A DNA stretch of 33,240 nucleotides from Spirochaetales bacterium (GTDB lineage: Bacteria; Spirochaetota; Spirochaetia; DSM-27196; SLAA01): positions 1-33,240 of the forward strand of contig SLBH01000308.1 of the NCBI GenBank assembly GCA_007126415.1, given 5' to 3'. Of the stretch, positions 1 to 6,859 are shown one piece after another (position 1 is the first letter of the stretch; each line of letters begins with the position of its first letter). The notes under the pieces are model-generated. The model was not told where the DNA came from. It saw only the letters and a list, made by a program, of their open reading frames with translations, and did no database searches. A program made the position numbers and the translations under genes.

Positions 1-302
1 ATCTCGAGGTAGTTGTAGCCGCGCCGATTGAACGCCGCATTTATACCAAGCGAGCGCAGGGTTCGGTCTTCCGGCTCGGTTCGATACAGTGCCTGCGGCC
101 ACGCGCGAACATGCGTCCACTGCGGAAAGTCGTCGGCGATGAACTTGCTGCCTCTAACGATCCAGCGGCTTTCGTCGGGGTCGTTGAAGTCCTCAATAAC
201 CACCGTCTGGATATTGCGAACCGTGGTCTGCGCGAATGCCGGAGCCGCGAGTAGCAGCACCATAACAGCCAGGCATATCGCGAGCAGGCTGCGCTTTTTC
301 AT
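1..302 (-). CDS. Sec-exported protein, N-terminal ~100 codons (the rest lies left of the window); possibly a FlaA-family flagellar filament sheath protein
   Basis: It is absent from the ORF track because it runs off the window. The reverse-strand ATG at 302-300 is preceded by AAGGAG with 6-nt spacing. The translation MKKRSLLAICLAVMVLLLAAPAFA/QTTVRNIQTVVIEDFNDPDESRWIVRGSKF...SLGINAAFNRRGYNYLE has a classic signal peptide with an AFA-Q cleavage site. The W-x-V-x-GS and LG-x(4)-F-x-R-x-GYN patterns resemble spirochaetal FlaA-family proteins, but this is from memory only. The listed 28..306 (+) ORF is its antisense shadow. Confidence 0.7.
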   Translation of the reverse strand, partial: MKKRSLLAICLAVMVLLLAAPAFAQTTVRNIQTVVIEDFNDPDESRWIVRGSKFIADDFPQWTHVRAWPQALYRTEPEDRTLRSLGINAAFNRRGYNYLE

Positions 303-352
303 GTGAATCTCCTTAACCTCATACACTAACTACGCGCTTCTCGCTTTACGGA

Positions 353-381
353 ATTATATGGTCGGCCCATACCTTTGTCAA
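353..381 (-). promoter_or_regulatory. Perfect consensus sigma70 promoter (TTGACA-17-TATAAT) for the flaA-like gene
   Basis: The reverse strand reads TTGACA (381-376), a 17-nt spacer aaggtatgggccgacca, then TATAAT (358-353). This lies about 50 nt upstream of the ATG at 302. Confidence 0.7.
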
Positions 382-506
382 ATGACGGACCTAAAACTCT
401 CTAGTACCGATTCTCGGTAGATTGGGTACCGCAATTGAGTCGGTGCCGGCCGAAATCGGCCGTTGTTCGGGAAACTCCGGCGCCGCGCTTCGCGTAGCCG
501 CCGGCG

Positions 507-1172
507 TCACGCGGCGTGTCCGCGCGGTAACGATTGCAAGATGAGACGCAGATACACAATCACTGCAGCGACGAGCAACCCGACCGTAGCAACCAACGCC
601 CACTGCCGAAATCCAACTCGGTACAGAAGCGGAACCGCGCCGAGGAGAAACGGCAACGCGATGTTTGCGAGTATCATTGCGGCCTTCGGCATCCCTACCT
701 CACGCACCGCAGCAATTACGATGTAGGGCGCGAGCAGCAAGATCACGATCCGACCGGCCGGCATCAGAAACAACACGTACGGGTCGGTCCGGCCTATGTT
801 CACAACCGCATCGAAAATGCCGAACACCATATAGAAGCCTGAGAAGAACGACAGCACGGCCGTTGTAGCCGCGCCGAGATCGGTGCGAATTCCGCCCCGC
901 GTAACGATCAGCGCCCCCGCCACCGCCACCGCGAACGGCACAGCCTGCCGCAGTAAGGAGTAGCGCAGATACAACGGCCCGGGGTTGAACTGATTCGGGA
1001 CCGCGTACTCCAGCACCAAGACCGCAACCAGGACCGGGAGAAACAGGAGCGATCCTTTCACAAACGGGATCAACGTGACCTGCGCCGGCTGGTTTGTTTG
1101 CCCGGTCATACTCAGAAGGAGAAGGTAGGTAATGGGAACTGATACCAACAGAAACAGAAACATACGGCTCAT
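507..1172 (-). CDS. Polytopic integral membrane protein, function unknown
   Basis: 221-aa ORF with an ATG start. It is hydrophobic throughout, with about 6 predicted TM stretches (LFLLVSVPITYLLLL, LLFLPVLVAVLVL, AVPFAVAVAGALIV, ILLLAPYIVIAAV and others). I recognise no family motif. Confidence 0.7.
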   Translation of the reverse strand: MSRMFLFLLVSVPITYLLLLSMTGQTNQPAQVTLIPFVKGSLLFLPVLVAVLVLEYAVPNQFNPGPLYLRYSLLRQAVPFAVAVAGALIVTRGGIRTDLGAATTAVLSFFSGFYMVFGIFDAVVNIGRTDPYVLFLMPAGRIVILLLAPYIVIAAVREVGMPKAAMILANIALPFLLGAVPLLYRVGFRQWALVATVGLLVAAVIVYLRLILQSLPRGHAA

Positions 1173-1287
1173 CCTACGATGTTGTACGGTTGGAGCCGCG
1201 GCTCGGCATACCGACCGCGGTGAGCGCTAACGCTATCACGAACCCGGCGGCATAATCAAGCTGAACGATTCTCCCCAACAGGGCTCC

Positions 1288-1311
1288 CGCACGTGATTCG
1301 CGCACGTGATT
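1288..1311. repeat. Tandem direct repeat CGCACGTGATT x2 (2-nt gap), each copy containing the palindrome CACGTG; it overlaps the metX -35
   Basis: CGCACGTGATT occurs at 1288-1298 and again at 1301-1311, both copies exact. The second copy runs into TTGACA at 1310-1315. Confidence 0.9.
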
Positions 1312-1338
1312 GACAGGAACCGGGTTCGCGCCTAGGAT
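1310..1338 (+). promoter_or_regulatory. Putative sigma70 promoter of metX-metW (TTGACA-17-TAGGAT)
   Basis: TTGACA at 1310-1315, a 17-nt spacer, then TAGGAT at 1333-1338. The predicted TSS near 1345 lies only about 4 nt before the metX ATG at 1349. Confidence 0.5.
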
Positions 1339-1348
1339 CATCGCACTT

Positions 1349-2536
1349 ATGCACGGCGATTCAAGCAAGCCTAACCACACGGCGCGGGCCGAAGGACCCG
1401 GCAGTATCGGACCCGGCAGTATCGGGGTAGTCACGCCGCGTGAGTACACCTTCGGCGCCCCGGGCGAAGGGATCCTGCTGGAAAACGGCGCCGAGTTCGG
1501 TCCCATAACGGTCCGCTACGAGCTGTACGGCCGGCTGAACGCGGACCGCAGTAACGCGATTCTTGTAACGCACGCGTTCTCGGGAGACTCACACGCCGCC
1601 GGTTATCACGCCCCCACCGACCAACACGCGGGATGGTGGGACAGCATGATCGGTCCCGGAAAAGCGTTCGACACCAATCACTACTGCGTGATCTGCTCCA
1701 ACGTGCTCGGCGGTTGCCAGGGCACAACCGGGCCGGGCTCCGTTAACCCCGAGACCGGCAAGCCTTACGGCTTGAGCTTCCCGGTCATCACGATAGACGA
1801 CATGGTGAAGGTGCAGCGTGCGCTCATCGATCATCTCGGCATCGAGCAGCTGCACGCAGTCGCCGGAGGCTCGATGGGAGGCATGCAGGCGCTTGAGTGG
1901 GCGGTTCGCTACCCCGAGCGAACGCGATCGGTCATCATCATGGCGGCCACCTCCCGTTTATCAGCCCAGGCAATCGCATTCAACGCGGTAGGACGAAACG
2001 CGATCATCTCCGACGAGTTCTGGAACGGTGGAGACTACTACGACGGCCCCGCCCCGGCACGGGGGCTCGCGATCGCGCGCATGGTCGGTCACATCACCTA
2101 TCTCTCGGAACAGGCGATGGGAATGAAGTTCGGCCGTCGGCTCCAGGAGCGAGCCAGCTTCGGATTCGATTTCGAGGATCAATTTCAGGTCGAGAGCTAT
2201 CTCGAGCACCAAGGGGGCAAGTTCGTCGACCGCTTCGACGCCAACAGCTACATATACCTCAGCAAAGCGATGGACTACTACGACCTCGGCGCACGCTTCA
2301 ACGGCCTCGAGCACGCCGTCGCCGGCTGCCGCAGCAAGTTTCTGGTGGTTTCGTTCAGCTCCGACTGGCTCTATCCGCCGTATCAGTCAAAGGAGATCGT
2401 GTTCGCGATGATGCGCCAAAACATCGATGTCTCGTACGTGGAGCTCGAGAGTCCGTACGGTCACGACTCGTTCTTTCTCGAGATCGAACGCCAAACACCG
2501 CTGGTGGCCTCGTTCCTGGAAGGCCTCCATGAGTAA
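1349..2536 (+). CDS. metX: Homoserine O-acetyltransferase MetX
   Basis: Alpha/beta-hydrolase nucleophile elbow GGSMGGMQALEW, plus typical MetX blocks (LVTHAFSGDSHAAG, SNVLGGCQGTTGP, ESPYGHDSFL). The track start at 1310 is a TTG lying inside the predicted promoter, so the ATG at 1349 is preferred. Confidence 0.9.
   Translation: MHGDSSKPNHTARAEGPGSIGPGSIGVVTPREYTFGAPGEGILLENGAEFGPITVRYELYGRLNADRSNAILVTHAFSGDSHAAGYHAPTDQHAGWWDSMIGPGKAFDTNHYCVICSNVLGGCQGTTGPGSVNPETGKPYGLSFPVITIDDMVKVQRALIDHLGIEQLHAVAGGSMGGMQALEWAVRYPERTRSVIIMAATSRLSAQAIAFNAVGRNAIISDEFWNGGDYYDGPAPARGLAIARMVGHITYLSEQAMGMKFGRRLQERASFGFDFEDQFQVESYLEHQGGKFVDRFDANSYIYLSKAMDYYDLGARFNGLEHAVAGCRSKFLVVSFSSDWLYPPYQSKEIVFAMMRQNIDVSYVELESPYGHDSFFLEIERQTPLVASFLEGLHE
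1394..1425 (+). repeat. Perfect 15-bp in-frame tandem duplication (GGACCCGGCAGTATC x2, plus 2 nt) encoding GPGSI-GPGSI in the MetX N-terminal tail
   Basis: Positions 1394-1408 and 1409-1423 are identical. They lie upstream of the conserved MetX core. Confidence 0.95.
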
Positions 2537-3155
2537 CGCCGATATGAGTAGCAATATACCAACCCGCCAACACTTCAGCTATGAAGAGCTCTTGTCGCTC
2601 ATCGAGCCGGGAAGCACCGTGTTGGATCTTGGTTGCGGCTCGGGTGAGCTCCTCGATCGGTTGATCCACGAACGTAACGTCCGGGGCCGGGGGGTCGACA
2701 TCGAGGAAACGATGATTCGAACCTGCATCGGCCGTGGGTTGTCGGTCTTCCAAGGCGATCTCGATGAAGGCTTGAAGGACTACCTCACCAATAGCTACGA
2801 CTACGTTATCCTTAACCACACGCTGCAGGTAGTACACCGCCCCGACTTGCTCCTACAAGAAATGCTGCGCGTCGGTCGCTTCGGCATCGTCAACTTCCCA
2901 AACTTCGCGCACGTCGTGAACCGTCTGCAGCTCGCGGTAGGAGGGCGCATGCCGGTCAACCGCCGAATACCGTATGAGTGGTACGACACACCCAACATCC
3001 ATTTCTGTACTCGCAAGGACTTTCGAGTGTTGTGCCGCGAGATGGGATACGAGATCATCCGGATCATCGACACGAGCAACGGAAAGCGGCGTTTGCCGAT
3101 CCTGCCGAATCTCCTTTCGACCGAGGTCTGTTTCTTGCTCCGCGGGACATCCTGA
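2529..3155 (+). CDS. metW: Methionine biosynthesis protein MetW (methyltransferase-fold partner of MetX)
   Basis: The ATG at 2529 overlaps the metX stop (2534-2536) by 8 nt. It has a SAM-MTase-like VLDLGCGSGELL motif and MetW-typical DYVILNHTLQ and FPNFAH blocks. The longer track ORF from 2427 is an in-frame extension inside metX. Confidence 0.85.
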   Translation: MSNADMSSNIPTRQHFSYEELLSLIEPGSTVLDLGCGSGELLDRLIHERNVRGRGVDIEETMIRTCIGRGLSVFQGDLDEGLKDYLTNSYDYVILNHTLQVVHRPDLLLQEMLRVGRFGIVNFPNFAHVVNRLQLAVGGRMPVNRRIPYEWYDTPNIHFCTRKDFRVLCREMGYEIIRIIDTSNGKRRLPILPNLLSTEVCFLLRGTS

Positions 3156-3226
3156 GCGCAATTCCACGCTCAGCGCAAACCACGCTCGTCGGACCGGTCA
3201 CGCCCGTCGCCCACCCGGCCGCGCGC

Positions 3227-3670
3227 TCACATCTGCTCGAGCTCGAGACGCGACTTCACCAACCACAGCTGCTTGCGCTTGTCCTCGGCCAAGCGCTTCA
3301 ACGCGTACTGTGGAGCACGCTCCGAGATAACCGCCGCGAGGCGATCATAGAGGACCGCGACGTTTTCTTCACGTTCGCAGATCATCGCGAGAAAATCGGT
3401 GTACTCCATTCCGGCATCGACGATCTGTGCGATACGCAGATCGTCGACCTCGAGAGCGGCTTCCTTGTCGAGATCGGCGATGCCGTCGAGCCCGTACCGC
3501 TGCTCAAAGCCCGCGAGATCCGCAATCCGCGTGCGGCCGCCCTCGATCAGCGCGTCGAGCATGCGTTGAAGACTATGGTGTTCGGTCATTGCCTGATAGA
3601 TCTCGTACGTGTTAATACTTTCGCTCTCAAGCGTTTTCGCGAGCTCAACTCCGTCACGAACCGTACTCAT
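3227..3670 (-). CDS. Small acidic all-helical protein, function unknown (possibly ferritin/rubrerythrin-like fold)
   Basis: The ORF has high-GC3 coding character. The ATG at 3670 (MSTVRDG...) has GAGG 10 nt upstream; the track start at 3679 is a TTG. The E-rich helical pattern (EREENVAVLYDRLA...LAEDKRKQL) is only suggestive of a family. Confidence 0.6.
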   Translation of the reverse strand: MSTVRDGVELAKTLESESINTYEIYQAMTEHHSLQRMLDALIEGGRTRIADLAGFEQRYGLDGIADLDKEAALEVDDLRIAQIVDAGMEYTDFLAMICEREENVAVLYDRLAAVISERAPQYALKRLAEDKRKQLWLVKSRLELEQM

Positions 3671-3750
3671 CGGTATCAAACCTCAATAAGTGCCTGGACA
3701 TCGGTAATCGGCTATGTGTTTGCATGCGCAGAAAATTACCGTTTAGCCCT

Positions 3751-3779
3751 TTGACTCTTTCAAAGCGCGGTGATAAAGT
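3751..3779 (+). promoter_or_regulatory. Putative sigma70 promoter of infC-rpmI-rplT (TTGACT-17-TAAAGT, with TG at -15/-14)
   Basis: TTGACT at 3751-3756, a 17-nt spacer ending in tga, then TAAAGT at 3774-3779. It lies about 50 nt upstream of the infC start. Confidence 0.55.
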
Positions 3780-3828
3780 GTACGCTCTAAAACCTACACG
3801 TTAGGATTGAAGTGTTCAAGGAGGGCCA

Positions 3829-4380
3829 TTGTCAGGTAAAGAACTGCGCGCAAACGAACGGATCCGGGTGCGCGAGGTGCGACTCATCGACGACGAAGGT
3901 GGTCAGCGCGGAATCGTGCCGACCGTTGAAGCGCTTAACCTCGCTCGGGAGAAGGGCTTAGATCTGGTCGAGGTCGCCCCAAACTCGAATCCGCCGGTTT
4001 GTAAGCTCATAGATTACGGCAAGTACAAGTTCGAGCAAGAGAAGAAGCAACGCGACTCACGCAAGAAACAAAAGCAACTGAAGCTCAAAGAGGTGCGGAT
4101 GCAACCCAAGATCGAAGACCACGATCTTGAGTTCAAGACCAAAAACATTCGCAAGTTTCTCGATGAAGGGCAGAAGGTAAAGGTCACTATTCGGTTTCGC
4201 GGCCGTGAGCTCGCGCACACCGAGCTCGGACGCGACGTACTAAATAAGATTCTAGAGTTACTGGGAAATGACTGCCACGTAGACAAGGCCCCGGCGATGG
4301 AGGGGCGGTTTATGTCGATGATCGTCAGCTCTTCCGGAAAGAAGCAAGCGCAGGCGGAGCCTGAAGAGCAGTCGTCCTAA
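3829..4380 (+). CDS. infC: Translation initiation factor IF-3
   Basis: Typical IF-3 sequence ([64 protein letters not shown]). It uses a TTG start at 3829, with CAAGGAGGG 4 nt upstream. Confidence 0.92.
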   Translation: MSGKELRANERIRVREVRLIDDEGGQRGIVPTVEALNLAREKGLDLVEVAPNSNPPVCKLIDYGKYKFEQEKKQRDSRKKQKQLKLKEVRMQPKIEDHDLEFKTKNIRKFLDEGQKVKVTIRFRGRELAHTELGRDVLNKILELLGNDCHVDKAPAMEGRFMSMIVSSSGKKQAQAEPEEQSS

Positions 4381-4433
4381 CGGTACAGAACCAACTATGG
4401 TCTGAACTACTCAACCAAAGAGGGAGTGCATAT

Positions 4434-4631
4434 ATGCCCAAACAGAAAACGCGCAGGAGCGCCGCTAAGCGGTACCACCTGACCGGCAGCGGGAAAGTCA
4501 AGTACAAGCAGCAGGGGCTGCGTCACATTCTTACCAAGAAATCGGCGAAGCGGAAGCGCAAGCTGCGCAAGAACGGGATCTTGAGCCCGGCGGAAACCCA
4601 GCGAGCTAAGCGCCTGCTTCCCTACGGTTAA
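4434..4631 (+). CDS. rpmI: 50S ribosomal protein L35
   Basis: [35 protein letters not shown] is a canonical L35. GAGGGAG RBS upstream. Position is infC-rpmI-rplT. Confidence 0.95.
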   Translation: MPKQKTRRSAAKRYHLTGSGKVKYKQQGLRHILTKKSAKRKRKLRKNGILSPAETQRAKRLLPYG

Positions 4632-4660
4632 CCGACCCACCTTTCCAAGGAGCAGATAGA

Positions 4661-5023
4661 ATGCCACGAGCAGTAGATGGTACACGACGTAAAGATCGAC
4701 GCAAAAAAATCCTCAATCAGGCCAAGGGATACTGGGGCCGCCGCAGCAAGCTTAACCGTACCGCCAAGGACGCGGTCCGCAAGGCCAACCAGTACGCATA
4801 TCGCGATCGCAAAGCGCGCAAGCGTGAGTTCCGTCAACTGTGGATTGCCCGGATCTCGGCCGGCGTCCAAGCGCACGGCATGAACTACTCGCGTTTCATG
4901 CACGGGCTACAACTGGCCGGTGTTGAGCTCAATCGCAAGACAATCTCGAACATGGCTATAGAGGATCCCAAGGCTTTTGAAGCTTTGGTGCAGACCGCCC
5001 GATCGGGCCTCGGGAACAACTAG
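4661..5023 (+). CDS. rplT: 50S ribosomal protein L20
   Basis: MPRA..GTRRKDRRKKILNQAKGYWGRRSKL...AYRDRKARKREFRQLWIARI is a canonical L20. AAGGAG RBS upstream. Confidence 0.95.
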   Translation: MPRAVDGTRRKDRRKKILNQAKGYWGRRSKLNRTAKDAVRKANQYAYRDRKARKREFRQLWIARISAGVQAHGMNYSRFMHGLQLAGVELNRKTISNMAIEDPKAFEALVQTARSGLGNN

Positions 5024-5028
5024 CTTCT

Positions 5029-5517
5029 ATGTTGAATCTGGAGCAAGTTCGGTTGCTGGAGCAGCGGGTTAACAAGGCCGTCGCCAAGATAACCGCGCTC
5101 CAGCAAGAGAACGCCACCTTACGCGAAGAGATCGGCGGCTATCAGAACCGTGTGGTTGAGCTCGAGCAAGAGATCGCCCGCATCAAGGACGACCAGACCG
5201 CTATCGAACAAGGAATTCTCTCGGCGCTCGGGCAGCTCGACCAGCTCGAGGACGAGTTCACCGAGAACGCCGATGACGAGACCCAATCTCACGAAAGCGA
5301 AGACGGTGAGGTTTTCGTCGGCGAGCGCGTCGGCCCAGACGAGGCGCCCGGCGCTCCCGGTGGAAACGATGCGCACGAGCAGCCGAAAAACGCCGCGGCT
5401 GAGACCTCCGGCACGCAATCTACCGCCGCTGAGTCAAGTTCGGAGTCCGAGTCCGATCAGCACGCATCCCCTACCCGGCAATCCGAGCGTGAATCAGGCG
5501 AGCTCGAGATCTTTTAG
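5029..5517 (+). CDS. Coiled-coil protein with an acidic low-complexity tail; ZapB-like cell-division protein (tentative)
   Basis: The N-terminal 75 aa are a heptad-like coiled coil (LEQRVNKAVAKITALQQENATLREEI...ELEQEIARIKDD). It lies directly upstream of zapA. The assignment rests on architecture and context only. Confidence 0.6.
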   Translation: MLNLEQVRLLEQRVNKAVAKITALQQENATLREEIGGYQNRVVELEQEIARIKDDQTAIEQGILSALGQLDQLEDEFTENADDETQSHESEDGEVFVGERVGPDEAPGAPGGNDAHEQPKNAAAETSGTQSTAAESSSESESDQHASPTRQSERESGELEIF

Positions 5518-5583
5518 GCCCCAATCGCTTTCAGCCCCAACCAACAGGGGCCGCGCAGTCGGAACGCGCGGAGAGACCTTACT

Positions 5584-5883
5584 ATGCGTATAGAGCTCCT
5601 CGGAACCGCTTTTAATCTCGAGACCGACCAGGACCCCGAGTACCTCGCAGACTGCGTTGATTACCTCCGCACAAAGGTACAGGAGGTGGAAGGATCGGTT
5701 CCTACCAGCGATCCGCTGAACCTCGCGATCCTCGCCGGGCTACTCAGCGTCGACGAGTTGTTTCAGGAGCGCAGCAAACAGGGATCGGAGGTTACCCCGG
5801 CGGCCGAGGCCGAGATTGAAACCATCACGCGACGTATGATCGAGAAGATCGACGCCGGGCTGAAGCAGCCCGGCGACGCGTAG
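5584..5883 (+). CDS. zapA: Cell division protein ZapA
   Basis: 99-aa ORF with the ZapA-like pattern (IELLGTAFNLETDQDPEYL...DYLRTKV...DPLNLAILAGLLSVDEL). GGAGAG RBS upstream. Confidence 0.7.
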   Translation: MRIELLGTAFNLETDQDPEYLADCVDYLRTKVQEVEGSVPTSDPLNLAILAGLLSVDELFQERSKQGSEVTPAAEAEIETITRRMIEKIDAGLKQPGDA

Positions 5884-5925
5884 TCACACCACACAACCTT
5901 TCGATTAGCGCCGATCGGCGTTGGA

Positions 5926-5954
5926 TTGACAACGCCACAGTGCTACCGTACTAT
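5926..5954 (+). promoter_or_regulatory. Strong sigma70-type promoter (TTGACA-17-TACTAT) for the plzA-like/TPR genes
   Basis: TTGACA at 5926-5931, a 17-nt spacer, then TACTAT at 5949-5954. The ATG is at 5972 and there is no Shine-Dalgarno between them. The 12-bp perfect palindrome CGCCGATCGGCG at 5909-5920 lies just upstream of the -35. Confidence 0.6.
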
Positions 5955-5971
5955 GATCTCACGCACACACT

Positions 5972-6829
5972 ATGCCGGTAACAACCAGCCAACAGATCGC
6001 CTATTACTATAATCAGTTTCACAATGTCGACGTCACCTTCACGCGCGAGGTGATACAGGCCACCGCACTGTTCCCGAAACAGGTGCACCTCAAGTGCCTC
6101 GGGCACCACTGGCCCTGCGTGATCTACTCGAGCTCAATGACCGGCGCAAAGATCATCGCCAACGTGAACGACGCGCTCACGGCCGCGTTGCGAAAATCGA
6201 ACAACCTCGTCTCGCTACGGTTTAGTTTCACGCAGCGCGACAAGGCCGACCCGCTTTCGTTCTTCGTGTCGGCGCGCGTCGCCGGCGTCAGCGCCTACAA
6301 CTCGGACAAAAAGCAGCTTCACTTCCTCACGCTGCAGTATACGCAACGCCCACCCGACGACCTAATAGAGATCCTCGGGTTGTTGCTTGAAGCCAACATC
6401 AATGCGAAGCGGCGACGAGAGGAGCGAATCGTGGTTACCGCCGACAGTCTGCGAAAACTCGGACTGAAGGGCAAGAACACGATCGCGGTCATCGAGGGCG
6501 TGCCACGCAAATGCATCATTCGCGACCTTTCGTTCGGCGGCGCCAAGCTGATCATTGTCGGCCTTGCGAAGTTTCTCGTGAACAAGAGCGTCACGTTGCG
6601 CATCGAGACTGAGGATCAGGAGGAGCCGCTTGAGATTTCGGGAACGGTGATCCGGTTTGAACCGGTTGAAGGACGTGAAGATATCTCAGCGTTCGCGATA
6701 CAGTACGACGACCAGTCGATCCCGGTACAGTACAAACTGCGCATCAACGGCTACTTGAAGGCATACGGCAAGACCCATCTCCATCAGCAGCAACAAGAAG
6801 AGCGGCCCGATTCGTCGAGCCCGCAGTAA
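5972..6829 (+). CDS. plzA: PlzA-like c-di-GMP receptor (N-terminal degenerate PilZ-like domain plus C-terminal canonical PilZ domain)
   Basis: C-terminal PilZ signatures are RRREER (RxxxR) and DLSFGGAKL (D-x-S-x-x-G). The N-terminal YYYNQFHNVDVTFTREV, the linker PPDDLIEILG and the C-terminal YKLRINGYL match my recollection of Borrelia PlzA. The size of 285 aa fits. Confidence 0.85.
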   Translation: MPVTTSQQIAYYYNQFHNVDVTFTREVIQATALFPKQVHLKCLGHHWPCVIYSSSMTGAKIIANVNDALTAALRKSNNLVSLRFSFTQRDKADPLSFFVSARVAGVSAYNSDKKQLHFLTLQYTQRPPDDLIEILGLLLEANINAKRRREERIVVTADSLRKLGLKGKNTIAVIEGVPRKCIIRDLSFGGAKLIIVGLAKFLVNKSVTLRIETEDQEEPLEISGTVIRFEPVEGREDISAFAIQYDDQSIPVQYKLRINGYLKAYGKTHLHQQQQEERPDSSSPQ

Positions 6830-6859
6830 CTCCAATTTAGGCCGGCTACAGGTAACACT

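Noticed and set aside
28-306. 92-aa plus-strand ORF at the left edge
   Set aside because: It is the antisense shadow of a minus-strand gene that has a strong RBS, a signal peptide and a perfect sigma70 promoter.
1173-1348. Possible SAM riboswitch or T-box upstream of metX
   Set aside because: I could find no SAM-I, SAM-II or T-box conserved core by eye. The best promoter also leaves only about 4 nt of leader. A cmscan against Rfam would settle it.
1174-1506. 110-aa minus-strand ORF spanning the metX promoter and 5' end
   Set aside because: It overlaps the metX promoter and coding start. It has no RBS and a Pro/Gly-rich composition, including the antisense of the 15-bp duplication.
5884-5971. 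6S RNA (ssrS), which follows zapA in E. coli
   Set aside because: The gap is only 88 nt and is occupied by a palindrome and a strong promoter. That is far too short for a 6S RNA of about 180 nt.
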